Shown in pieces: positions 51,687 through 64,000 of a stretch of 64,000 nt of DNA. The notes under the pieces are model-generated. The model was not told where the DNA came from, made no database searches, and saw only the letters and a list, made by a program, of their open reading frames with translations. This DNA comes from Squalus acanthias (lineage: Eukaryota): the NCBI GenBank assembly GCA_030390025.1, contig CM059432.1, positions 126,234,001 through 126,298,000 of the forward strand. Reading direction: 5' to 3'. Each line of letters opens with the position of its first letter. Position 1 is the first letter of the stretch. Position numbers and translations under genes: made by a program.

Positions 51687-52058
51687 GTAAGGAACAGCGA
51701 GGCCTCTAAATCCAAACTGGTGGCTAGTAAAATGGAGGAGTCTTGTGTGTCTGTGATGATGAAAGCAAGAATTTAAACTAGCAGCAGACATTCTCTTACC
51801 CTATCACTTTGCTGTTCCAGAATAAGTTACAGGTTTAAGGAACTACCATTTTTCAACTGAAGATTTCCTGTGCGCTTTCTGTAATAAAATCTGAGTACTC
51901 AGAGATAACAGCCACACATCCTCCCCAGCACAGAAAGACACACAGAAAAATGGGATAATGTAATCTGAATCAGCCTTCAATGGGCCTACAGAACACAAAT
52001 GACAATATAAAAGATTGTTCTTTTAATTGCCACCACAATTTATTTTTAAATTGGATAC

Positions 52059-52512
52059 ATAAGAACATAAGAAATAGGAGCAGGAGTAGGCCAATTGGCC
52101 CCTCGAGCCTGCTCCGCCATTCAATAAGATCATGGCTGATCTGATCCTAACCGCCAATCTACTATCACAGAACCATCTCCTGAACCTAACAGAATTGGAC
52201 ACACGAAATAGGAGCAGGATCAGGCTACATGGCCCCTGGGCCCGCTACGCTACCCACAGGGCCATGACCAATCCGAACCTAGACTATGTCCAAATTCCTG
52301 CCCGCTCCCCGTAACCCTTAATTCCCTTTACTTCTAGGAAACTGTCTATTTCTGTTTTAAATTTATGTAATGATGTAGCTTCTACAGCTTTTTGGGGCAG
52401 CATATTCCATGGACCTACCACCCTCTGAGTGAAGTAGTTCCTTCTCATCTCAGTTTTGAAAGAGCAGCCCCTTATTCTAAGACTATGCCCCCTAGTTCTA
52501 GTTTCGCCCATC
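52059..52512 (-). mobile_element. CR1 3' end with duplicated tail module
   Basis: MMGETRTRGHSLRI...FTQRVV ORF2 end; same subfamily as 6732-7062. Confidence 0.88.
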
Positions 52513-52905
52513 ATCGGGATCCTCGGAACATCACATCAGTTTTAGGAATTGGCGCCGAGTTTTTTTCATATTGTACTGTTTGTGTCCTGATGGGAGTGCT
52601 CTGATACACTGAACTGGCTCAGCACATTTCGTGCGGCAAAAGTTCACCTGATGGTTTATTTGATCTGACGAGTCTGAATTATCTGGGAATACTTTTTGTG
52701 TCTTTTAAATTGACAAAATAAATTTTGTGTAGCTGTTTCAAGAGCTGGATATTGTACAGAGCACTGTGAATAACATAACTAGGTGATATTCTTCAAAGAA
52801 ATGCTTCGGCCCAGTGCACAGAAGGAGTGTTGGATGAGTTGGGAATGGAAGCTAAAGAGGTATTTCAAAAGAAAAGATACTAACCTTTTTCTTTTGTTAA
52901 ACTAG

Positions 52906-53020
52906 AATTTTGGTAAACATGGATGACAACATCATCGAACACTACTCCAACGAAGACACTTTCATTCTCAATATTGAAAACCTGGGTGAGAGCTTCAAAA
53001 TTACGCTGACTGAAATTTAA
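52906..53020 (+). CDS. grhl2: grhl2 terminal coding exon (about exon 16)
   Basis: CTAAC branch-like motif, TAG acceptor; [37 protein letters not shown] then TAA at 53018-53020. Confidence 0.96.
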
Positions 53021-54150
53021 CAGGGACTTGGAGTCACTTCCAACAAAACGTCCTTCTCTGAGAGATGGATCACAATTTGACAATCTTACAGTCACAAACC
53101 TGACTGCTAGTTAACTGTTAAATGACTGGTGAAAAGGAGTTTGCTCCTGTCAAGTGGGCAATCTTTGTACATACTTCAGAAATCAATGAAGCTGAACTGG
53201 CATTTCTTTTTACCTTTTACTTCATAACATACAAATATTGACTGTTTTTGACAGTGCTAAAGTATTGTCCCAAAGACTTCAGAATGAGCAAGATGGCGGT
53301 GTTACTTGGAGGACAATATTTTAGCTTAGTCGGATAATTGGTACAGACGTCTGATACAACTCTGCCTGGTATCCTCCTCTTTTTTCCCTGTGCTGAATGC
53401 AGTCAGTTTTGTGTTTCAATCATCCGTTCCAAACACATACCAGTTTTTCCACACTAGATGCATCCAACAATACCTCAGAAGACAAGATTGTGAAAGGAAA
53501 AAGTAAAGGTCACTCCAATTGTTTCTTCAATCGGAGAGCAATAAGACTTGTTTCATTGCTTTTTAAGGTAATTGTGAGAGCTTGTACATCATGTGATTGC
53601 ATGTTGGTCAAATGCATTTATGCGATAAGGTTGACATACACCTAACACTCCAGCAGGCCATACAGAGCCATCTGTGTGTCTGCCTTGGTTCTCTATGTAG
53701 CACTGAGGACCAGTAACATCATCTTTAGTAGAATTTGACACTAACTGAAATAGAGACTAGCATATATAATTGTAAAAAATGTCTATAATGTGCAATATTA
53801 AATTTTACATAAGGCATGTTTACTGCCATTATGCTTTCTTTGGGTTGAGGGCTTTCATTGTAGTTGTGTATTTTAATTTTTTAATATAAAACCAGTTTCC
53901 TTTTTGTCTATATATTAAGTTTGAAAGGCATCATGAGATTTTACAAAATGACTGTATAAACTGCTATCCAGGGTATTTAAAGGATTTGGGAAACTTGAAC
54001 GTTTTTACAAATTGAGAAAAACTGTATACAAGGTAATATTTTTGGAAATGGGAGTCGGGATCTTTTCAGACTTTAAAAAGACAGTTGTATTTTATTTTTT
54101 GTACAATTTTTTAAAGAGCAAAATAAACTTCAGAATGTACATGGACTTCC
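53021..54150 (+). other. grhl2: probable grhl2 3' UTR
   Basis: Repeat-free AU-rich sequence after the stop, ending near AATAAA; true end not determinable. Confidence 0.6.
54122..54127 (+). terminator. candidate polyadenylation signal
   Basis: AATAAA with upstream TGTA and T-rich elements and a downstream T-rich tract. Confidence 0.55.
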
Positions 54151-54254
54151 GTTATAATTTTTATACAAGGGGAAAGGGCATCGTAGCTGAGGCCAATCCT
54201 GTCCTCCCTTGACATACACACACTCAATCAGGATCAAGAGTTCAAACATTGGCT

Positions 54255-54610
54255 GAATTTTCTTTTTCACTCTCACGCTCGCTTTCTTTCCCCTCCGCTC
54301 TTTCCCTCTTCTCTCCCTTTTCTTCCCTCCTCTCCCCTCTCCTGCCCCTGCCCTTTGCGTCGTCACCTCCCTCTTTCCCTCCCTTCTCTCCTCCCCTTAG
54401 CCTTCTTTCCTCCCCCTTTCGCCTCCTTCCTCCCTTACCCCTCCAGCTCCCCTTTCTGCTCTCCCCATTCCTCCCTCCTTTACTCCCCATTTACTCTCCT
54501 CCCCATCTCTTTCTCTCTTTGATGTTTCTTTCACATTGCTCCCTGTTGTTTCTCTCTCACTGCTCTATTTCCCCCCTCTCTCGCTCGACTGTTTTTCTCA
54601 CACTGCTCTC
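54255..54610. repeat. CT-rich polypyrimidine low-complexity tract
   Basis: Strong pyrimidine skew over about 350 bp. Confidence 0.85.
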
Positions 54611-54819
54611 TAGCTGCTGTCCCATAGCTGACTAAATATTGCCAACCCCCGGCCCCATCAAAACTATGGGTTAAAAATTCGAGTGCGACACGAAATGGTG
54701 GCTGAAAATTTGGTGTTGGGGACTAATGATTATTAGCCCAGCACTAAACTCACCGTGTAACGTCCTCCTGGTGGCGTTCGTCCCGGCATCAGGCCCCAAG
54801 AGTAAAAGTAGAAGAGTTT

Positions 54820-55630
54820 TGAGAGGTGACTGAAGGCATTGTTGAGGAGTGAAGGGTGGAGGCTTTTAAAAGTGGGGGAGAGAGGTAGCAAGGCAGAAGG
54901 GTTGAGGGAGCTTGAGCATAGGGCTGAATTGGCTGAAGGCTTGGGCGGGACAATGAAACAGAGGGGGAGGAGAGATGTACAGGAGACCAGACTCAAGAGT
55001 GGAGGGCCATGCAATGGCAAGTAGGGCTGGAGGAGTTTACAGCTAGAGGGGGAGCAAGACTGTGGAGGGATTTGTGAACAAGGCTTTTGAATTCAGTGTA
55101 TTGGCAGATGGGGAGCCGATGGTGATCAGTATGCACAGGGGTGCAAGGCAAGTGAAATTTAGTGCAGGATTGGTTATAGGCAGTGGAATTTTGCACTGAG
55201 ATGAATTTTATGGATGATTGAGCTTGGAAGACCGGCAATGATGTATCGTGATCTTGAGCACCTTGTCCAATTTTGGCCACCAAGGCAAATAGGAGACATT
55301 CACACATTGGAGGCACTGCAGAGAAGAACACAGACTGAGATCTAGTGTTCGAAGTCTGAGTCTTAAGGAAACTTGGGATTTTCAGTTTTAAAAGCAGAAG
55401 TGTATAAGACAGTAAACGGCATGAAAACGGTAAGTCCAGAAAATTTTGAGAGTACAAGGGGACACAGGTTCATACCAGTAAAAGGCAAATTTAAACTCAC
55501 ATCAGAAAATTCTTCATAAAGTGGTCAATACATGGAATGGACTCCCAAATATAGTGGAGATAAAACCCTTGAAATTATTTTAAGAACCAATTAGTTGTTG
55601 CAGTGTGGGGACTTTAGAGCCATTTGGGAC
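54820..55630. mobile_element. old LINE fragments (L2-like on minus, CR1-like 3' end on plus)
   Basis: TPVHTDHHRLPI..EFKSLVHKSLH.LAP (L2 C-terminus-like); TRGHRF-like DNA near 55455. Confidence 0.5.
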
Positions 55631-56189
55631 AGGTGATAATGATCTTGTGAAAATGTTGGCAAACCTAGAGGTGACAAAGACGTGGATGAAGATTTCAACA
55701 GTGGGGAGAGTGAGGTAAGGACAGAAGTGGAAACTGTTGCGGAAGTGCTGATGGCAGTCTTGGTGGTGGATGAGATATGGGATTCAACAGCCTTTTTTGA
55801 GTCCCTCCTGAGGTGGCTTTTGATCCTTAGGAGGTTCTGAGAACACATTACAAAAATAAAATTGAACACGTTAAAGCTAAATTTGCTCTTGAATTCCTCT
55901 GCACCTGTCCAGCAGCATGGTAGCTCAATAACATGGGGGTCGGAATCAGTGCCTCCCTCCCTCACCTCCTGACCGCCATTGTTGTGGACAGAAAGGGGTG
56001 CTGCATCTTTAACAATCATCTCCGGTCTGCATGATCGGATCCACCCGCATAAAAAAAATATGTGAGGAGGAGGCTATGCTTAAAATACCTTCAGTTTAAC
56101 GCACTCTCCTGCTGTCAAGTCCCTGGCATTGATTGTTATGGTGCACTGTACAACATACAAAGTAGATGGTTTTTCACTTGCCCTGCATA

Positions 56190-56552
56190 TGTATAAAATT
56201 ATGAGGGGCCTAGATAGAGTGGCTAGGAAGGACCTATTTCCCTTAGCAGAGAAATCAATAACCAGGGGGCATAGATTTAAAGTAATTGGTAGAAGGATTA
56301 GAGGGGAGTTGAGGAGAACTTTTTTTCACCCAGAGGGTGGTGGGGGTCTGGAACTCGCTGCCTGAGTGGGTGGTAGAGGCAGAAACCCTCATCACATTTA
56401 AAAAGTACTTGGGTATGCACTTGAAGTGCCGTAACCTACAAGGCTACGGATCAAGAGCTGGAAAGTGGGATTAGGCTGAATAGCTCTTTTTCGGCCGGCA
56501 CAGACACGGTGGGCCGAATGGCCTCCTTCTGTGCCATAAATTTCTGATTCTG
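56190..56552 (+). mobile_element. CR1 3' end
   Basis: YKIMRGLDRV..LFPL...TRGHRFKV; 3' UTR and tail. Confidence 0.85.
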
Positions 56553-57872
56553 TGAAAGTGCGTCCACAAGCAGCAGTGCAACTTTGAACAGCCTCTGAAA
56601 GCAAAGCTGTGCTTTCACAAAGCATTGTGGGATTTTAAAAGGGCAATGCATTGTTGTTTTCTTAAAAATTATAAAAATAAAAATGATGCAAAAATAGGCA
56701 GTTTTCAGCCCTTACAGCTCAACTGCCTTCTGAAAAAAAATTAACATTAAAAAAAATGTTGAAAGGAGAATTGGGGTTGTGTTCACTGGTACCACAGGCG
56801 GTTAATTCCATCCCGGATATCCTGGCCAGAAAGGGGCTGTCTGGGTTGCATCCTTCCTTCTGCTTCCTCCTCTTCCCGCTGCGAGCGGATGCTGTAAATC
56901 TGAAATAAAAGCATAAAATGCTGGAAATACTCAACAGGTCAGACAGCATTTCGACCTGTGACATGAACTCTGTTTTTCTCTCCATGGAGGTTGCCTGACC
57001 TGCTGAGTATGTCCAGCATTTTCTGTCTTCTCAGAGGCCTTCCTTTACCATCTGAGGTCTTGCAAGCATCCAGCAGCACTCCCTGCAGACTTCAAAAAAC
57101 TTCTAACATGTATTGCACCAAGTCACTACTTCAGTAAAATTTAAAAAATTCAGTCCAAAAGCTTAAATGCAAACTTACCTGAAAGATGTGTGTGTCCCTT
57201 TAAGAGGTGATGACAGCTGGATTTTCATGGCAAGCTTAGGACCCAGCGCTGAACTCAACACTAAGGTCGAGGTTCGCTGAGGTGACGTTAAGTCGGCGTT
57301 GGCATCAACTCTTAATTTACATTTCCAGGGCCAGCTGTGCTATCGGCAGCGCGAAGGCCCTCACCAAAATGGCAGCCACCAAGTCCCGTGCCACAGAAGG
57401 GCGCTAGAGTGGCAGCCACCGTTTTTAGACCGGATCGTGGCGGTAACTCGTGGCGGTAAGTGGGCCAATTTCTAGGCCTATATGTGCTATTAAAAAGATG
57501 GCTTAGAATGAGTCCAATACTATAAGTTCATGTGAGGTGTCCAGTTAAATTATAAAGCACCTGTGCTCTGTTCTGGTTTCGATGTTTTATCGAGCCCTTT
57601 GATTAGATTAGTTCCCTGTTGTGTCTACTTTTCTCTAAGATAGTACAGACAGATCAGCACCATTTCCATGATACGAATCTCTGCCCCCAACACCAACAAA
57701 AACATCTTTTTAGCCACTGGAACCTCTGTACAAAATCACTGTTTGTGTCTGAGTGCTGCCTGTAAGTCGATAGGCTCAAATGTTCACCCCACGAGAGTGG
57801 TTCCTGCTGCAATCTTTTATTAAAAATTATGCCCGAGGTAGACGTGGATGTGTGTTGGCCTGGAGAGCTAGT

Positions 57873-58605
57873 GGGCCGTAATTTCCGATGCCTGCGGGTT
57901 GTGTACACACCCGTAGGGACATCAGAAATGCCGGTTTCAGGCATGCGCTGAAAACCGGCATTTCCGATCTGTCAAGAATGCTCTTGACAAATCGGAGACC
58001 TGCCCGAGAGAAGGGCCTCTGCGGGCGGATAGTTCCGCTTTCTGGAGCACCTCCGCCTGCAGAAAACCCTTAGAAATCTTACGCCTGGTAAAAGCAGGCG
58101 TAAGGCCTGCTTTTACCAGCATAAGATTTGAAAAAAGTTTTAAAAATTTTTTTTCACTCATTTATCATTTAAAAATACTTTTTAAAAAAAGGTACGTTTA
58201 TTTTTAGCCCTGTAAAAAAAACTTCAATTATTTTTTTCAAAAAATTAAATTTTTGTTTAAAATATTTAATTAATTATAAATTTCAACGAATTTTAAAAAT
58301 GTGATTTTTTAAAATTTTATTTAATGTTTTAAAGTGTTGTTGGGGTGATCTCCATTCATATATTTGACAGGTCTAAGTGTATGAAGGGAGATTCCCTTCT
58401 GTGATTGGCTCCCCATGGCCCACGTGATCCCAGGGACGCTGCGAACCGCCTGCGCCTCTGGGATACCTGGGCCCTGCGCATTTCGAGTTGGAGAGGCCCA
58501 GGAACGGAAGTGTCCGGATCTCGGGAGCCCTCGGGTAAGGCCGTAGATTTTTTCCAGATAGGAGGCCTCCGCACGCAGGAAGCCTCCGATCGGAAAATAC
58601 GGCCC
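57873..58605 (+). mobile_element. Harbinger-like MITE family B, both TIRs present
   Basis: TIRs GGGCCGTAATTTCCGAT / ATCGGAAAATACGGCCC; internal palindromes and an AT-rich core. Confidence 0.85.
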
Positions 58606-59547
58606 AACGTTTTTTTTTGGGGAAAGGTAACTTTGGACATTATGGAATGGGAAGTTAATATGAAAACTTTGAGATAAGAGAGTAAGAAGTGAGAATGGGA
58701 GGGCTATGGAGGAATGCCAGTGATACTGAGGAAGGTGGAGATTGTGAGTGGAACACTGGCCAGAGGAAGGATCAAGAGGGAGTTAGCAGGAGACGAAAAG
58801 AGAAGGAAGAATGTTGAAAAGAGCGGGCAGGTAATTAATGTAGCTTATTGTAGTTGTCTTAATTTTCTATGGGGGTGTGAAGCAAAGGTTAGATTTTTGG
58901 GAAAAAATTATATGTAGAAAAACATTCGAAAATGTAGTTATATTCAGTAGCAGATCCAGACGCGTTGCTCATTGTTGAGCTTTCTCTTTCCAACTTAATC
59001 CCTAAGCATCAAAAATATCACTGCAATGGAACTTGGAATAGAAGACAAACCCATCCTGCTTCTGTGGAAACCCAAATATTTTGGGGGTCCTAAGGAAGAC
59101 GGTAATCATTCTCCACCTCCAGCTTTCCATCTTTTTGCAAACTACTCTTCCTTCAGATCACTGTATCCTCCCAGCATAACTATCTAAAATGCCATTGGCC
59201 TGAATAAGTGTCTTTCTCCACATGGGTTTCTCAGGTGAATGGCCATATTTCATATATTTGAATGTTTTTCTGCCCATTCCTACTGATTTCCCTAAAGTTT
59301 CTCTTCTCTGCTTCTATCCGTGTGTTACACCTTGGAATAGGCTTTGACCTTTCCTTGTGCTTTTCCCCCCCTCACTTCTACACTGCTAGTCAGTCAGATT
59401 CCACTCTATAATTTTCCTCCTGCCTCTCTCATGCTCTTTCGTCCTAGGTTTCTATACCATTCTTCCCCAGATTTGATAAATAAGCAATTTTCTGATAATA
59501 CCTTATTTTTCTATTAACATTCCATACTCAACTCTTCTGCACACTAC

Positions 59548-60337
59548 GGGGGAAAAATTGGGTATCGCCCATTTTGGGGCGCTAATATCAGCTGGGCGCC
59601 TCCGACTGCAAAATTCGCCTCTATCGCCACTGGAGGTGATTTGAGCGTTAAATCAGGTGCTACACACCTCTCTTAAGGTGCAAACGTCAGGGAGCGAGGC
59701 GCTACCTCAGAACGCTACCGAAGCTCAGGCGATGCCAATTACCATGGAAGCCAGACAGACTGGCATCGTCCAGTTCTTAAAGGGGAGGGGCCATCTTGCT
59801 GGCCAGCCACACCCTGCTCATTGCAGCCTTGAATCTCGGCCTGGAGAGACCTCTAAAGCAATTGTGTTGGAAACACAAATGGATAGGCCCAGGGAAAGAG
59901 CTCGGTGCTTAGGAACCTCAAAAGCAGTGCTGAGGGCCAAAACTCCTTATGACAGCATTAAATCTTTCCAGACGTCTCTCTCCGTCTCAACCTGCGGGTA
60001 CCAAAAATTTTGCCGACAAGAAAAGGCAGGAAGCGCCCGCCTTTAAATAGCGCTCCCCCAGCCCCTTCCCGACTTGAAAACGTTCTCAGTTACCTGTCGT
60101 TCCTAGCAGCAGGCGCTAAAGCAGGGGGCGCGACTCAATATCCGGTCCGGGGCGTTGCACGCTCGACTGACGTCACGATCTCCAGGCGCAGGAGATCATG
60201 GTGGTAGTGTTTCGTGCCGCTACAAAACGACTGGTAAATTTTGCGAGCGGTGCTAAAATCGCCGCGCTCGGGCGCTAAGTTCCTAGCGCCCCCCGAAGGC
60301 GCTAACGGGAGGCGCTAACCAACCGAACTTTTCCCCC
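59548..60337 (-). mobile_element. Harbinger MITE family A copy 3 (diverged, shorter)
   Basis: GGGGGAAAAATT / AACTTTTCCCCC, TAC duplication; colinear with 43134-44048. Confidence 0.88.
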
Positions 60338-61174
60338 TACATCTTTAATATCCTTTCTTTTGAGGGAGGCAGATTCATCCCAGAGTTATAAATCTCCTCC
60401 CTTCTGTGGGTACTCTAGCATATTATTTTCTCCTTTGTCATTTCTTCACCTGAGTCCAGAAAATGTCTCAAGCTAGTAATAATAATGAGGCAGACTTACC
60501 ACATTATGGTGAACAGACATGCAGTGTGGTCATCTCAAAGCAGCAGATTAAATTCATTGTTTCTGCTGTTGCAAAGGTTGTGACTTTGGCACCATTTCAG
60601 CTGGCGTAGGGTCTCCTCATTGGTGTCACGGTGTTTGCTAAAGGAACACTCATTAAGCACAATATTTTGTGTGGCTGAAGGGGAACATCTGTTGGAATTT
60701 AAACATTCAACATGTTCTATTATGCCCATATAGAAAGATTTATTATATATATATATATATATATTGTGATGAATCCGTTCCATGTTTTGTAATAGACATG
60801 CCCATTCCATTCACTACAGTACACTCCATATTTTGTGACAGTTACAGTCAGCTGCTTGATTGAGGCACAATGAATTTCAGAGCAAGATGCAAGTTGAAAG
60901 CACATGGCTTAACAAGCTGGTATAACGAACAGTATGTGCAGTGTATCTTAGCTGTGTGTTTTAAATATAAGTGTATCTTATGTCTTTTATTCACTATAGA
61001 TTGGGAAAAGAAACACACCAATGTATTTCTTGATTCTGGAATGAACCAAAAATCTGTGATGGTCTATTTTTTACTTTGGTGCAGAAATCAGGACTGTTGT
61101 TTTCAGTGGGTTAACCCTGGATCTAAATGGAAGGCAGAACAACTAAAAGGGGTGGGAAAGAGTAACATATGGAA

Positions 61175-61211
<37 letters not shown>

Positions 61212-61599
61212 ATTATTTATATATATAAATAATCAAACTGCCTGTAGAGCACTTCCATCTCTTATGGATAGTTGTAAGGGCTTTCAGGTATAATGTGAGA
61301 GATGGGAAAAGTAAGACATAGTTCTGCCACACAGTGGCAGGCTTGGACCTAATCACACACCTTAAAACACGCTGGTAATTTGCTTACCCCTATATAATGA
61401 TGATATGATCAATATGGATGGTTGTTTGTTAACAAATTAAGAGCAGATAGAAAAAGTCTAAAGAGGGGAGTCCATATTTATTTTGCACGATTCTCAATGA
61501 ACATATCAGTGCTTTCCAAACCCTTGTAAATATTGATTGTACATGCTTTTAACCAAAATTTAGCATTCATTCCCCACACATGCACACTTCAACACTAAT

Positions 61600-62037
61600 G
61601 TAGGAACATAGGAACAGGAGTAGGCCATTCAACCACTCGAGCCTGTTCCGCCATTCAATTAGATCATGGCTGATCTGTATCTTAACTCCATCCACCTGCC
61701 TTGGTTCCGTAACCCTTGCTTAACAAAAAATCTAGCAATCTCTGGTTTGAAATTTTCAATTGACCCCCAGCCTCAACAGCAATTTTTTTTGGGGGGTGGG
61801 GTGCGATTTCCACTACCGTTTGCGTGAAGAAGTGCTTCCTGAAATCACCCCAGAACGGCCTAGCTCTAATTTTAAAGTTGTGCCCACTTGTTCTGGACTC
61901 GCCCACGAGAGGAAATAGTTTCTATCTACCCTATCAAATCCTTTAATCACCTTAAACACCCAATTAGATCACCCCTTAATCTTCTATACTCGAGCCTAGT
62001 CTATGCAACCTGTCCTCATAATTTAACCCCTTTAGCT
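61600..62037 (-). mobile_element. CR1 3' end
   Basis: MGESRTSGH..FFTQTVV; AGGAACATAGGAAC tail. Confidence 0.85.
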
Positions 62038-62039
62038 CT

Positions 62040-64000
62040 TTAAACTAAAATGGCAGGGGGTTGGGAACCTGAGCAGGGAGACAGAGGAAAGGGAAGCAAT
62101 GATAGAAGCAAAAGACAGGAAGGAGAAAAGCAAAAGTGGCAGTCAGAGAAATCAAGGGTGTAAATCAAACATGGCCACAGTAAATAATAATTCTAAAAGG
62201 TCTAAGAGTGTTTAAAAAACAAGCCTGAAGGCTTTGTGTCTTAATGCGAGGAGCATTCGTAATAAGGTAAATGAATTAGCTGCGCAAATAGATGTAAACA
62301 GATATGATATAATTGGGATTACGGAGACATGGCTCCAGGGTGTCTAAGACTGGGAATTCCACATCCAGGGGTATTCAATATTAAGGAAAGATAGGCAAAA
62401 AGGAAAAGGAGGTGGGGTAGCATTGCTGGTTAAAGAGGAGATTAACATAATAGTAAGGAAGGATATTAGCTCTGATGATGTGGAATCTGTATGGGTAGAG
62501 CTGAGAAATACCATGGGGCAGAAAACGTTAGTGGGAGTTGTATACAGACCCCCAAACAGTAATGCTCAGGTTGGGGATGGCATTAAACGGGAAATTAGAG
62601 ACGCGTGCAATAAGGGCACAGCAGTTATCATGGGTGACTTTAATCTACATATAGATTGGGCTAACCAAATTAGTAACAATACTGTGGAGGAGGAATTCCT
62701 AGAGTGTATATGGGATGGTTTCCTGGACCAATATGGCGAGGGACCAACTAGAGATCAGGCCATCTTAGACTGGGTATTATGTAATGAGAAAGGATTAATT
62801 AGCAATCTTGTTGTGCGAGGCCCCTTGGGGAGGAGCGATCATAATATGATAGAATTCTTCATTAAGATGGAGAGTGAAGTAGTTGACTCAGAGACTAGGG
62901 TCCTGAATTTAAATAAAGGAAACTACAATGGTATGAGGCGCGAGTTGGCTAGGATGGATTGGGGAACGTTACTTAAAGAGTTGACGGTGGATAGGCAATG
63001 GCAAACATTTAAAGATCACATGGATGAACTACAGAATTTGTTCATCCCTGTTTGGCATAAAAATAAAACAAAAAAGGTGACTCAACCGTGGCTAACAAGG
63101 GAAATTAGGGATAGCATAAGATCCAAGGAGAGGACATATAAATTGGCCAGAAAAAGCAGCAAACCTGAGGATTGGGTACAGTTTAGGATTCAGCAAAGGA
63201 GGACAAAGGGATTAATTAAGAGGGGGAAAATTGAGTATGAGAGTAAGCTTTCAGGGAACATAAAAACTGACTGTAAAAGCTTCTATAGATATGTGAAGAG
63301 AAAAAGATTGGTGAAGTCAAGCGTAGGTCCCTTGCAGTCAGAATCAGGGGAATTTATAATGGGGAACAAAGAAATGGCTGACCAATTAAATACATACTTT
63401 GGTTCTGTCTTCACAAAGGAGGACACAAATAACCTTCCAGAGATGTCGGGGAACATAGGATCTAATGAGAGGGAGGGAACTGAATGAAATCAGTATTTGT
63501 AGGGAAATGGTGTTAGGGAAATTGACGGGATTGAAGGCCGATAAATCCCTAAGACCTGATAATCTACATCCTAGGATACTTAAGGAAGTGGCCCTAGAAA
63601 TAGTAGATGCATTGCTGGTCATCTTCCAAAATTCTATAGACTCTGGAACAGTTCCCATGGATTGGAGGGTAGCTAATGTTACCCCACTATTTAAAAAAGG
63701 TGGGAGAGAGAAAACGGGGAATTATAGACCGGTAAGCTTGACATCGGTAGTGGGGAAAATGCTAGAGTCCATTATAAAAGATGTAATAGCAGAGCACTTG
63801 GAAAACAGTGGCAGGATCGGACAAAGTCAACATGGATTTAGAAAAGGTAAATCGTGCTTGACTAATCTACTGGAATTTTTTGCAGATGTAACTGGTAGAA
63901 TAGATAAGGGAGAACCAGTGGATGTGGTGTATTTGGAGTTTCAGAAGGCTTTCGATAAGGTCCCGCATAAGAGATTAGCGTGCAAAGTTAAAGCACATGG
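62040..64000 (+). mobile_element. CR1 LINE ORF2 (APE domain to RT), runs off the window
   Basis: LNARSI, ITETW, 354-aa ORF 62423-63487 (YRPPN, GDFN, SDH), NYRPVSLTS, QHGF; stop and frameshift lesions. Confidence 0.93.

Noticed and set aside
54130..54635. R/G/E-rich and P/S/L-rich ORFs
   Set aside because: Artefacts of the CT-rich low-complexity tract

Overview
Eukaryotic (vertebrate) genomic DNA; the repeat families suggest a cartilaginous fish (inference). The window holds the 3' half of a grainyhead-like 2 (grhl2) gene on the + strand: nine GT-AG coding exons from 15452 to the stop at 53020, equivalent to human exons 8-16, plus a likely 3' UTR to about 54.15 kb. Upstream exons lie outside the window. 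Introns and the 3' flank are dense with decayed mobile DNA: CR1 LINEs (one with ORF1 esterase and ORF2), tRNA-headed SINEs, several PIF/Harbinger elements and MITEs, a Tc1/mariner-type MITE, and short Penelope-like inserts carrying minimal hammerhead ribozyme motifs. The most notable observations are a Harbinger nested inside its own parent lineage with a stepwise deletion history, a Harbinger MITE family reduced to two convergent promoter-plus-start-codon ends, TSD-flanked foldback hammerhead inserts, a CR1 subfamily with a duplicated 3' tail module, and a perfect Grainyhead site inside the grhl2 intron. All belong to known classes; I cannot support a wholly new system from sequence alone.
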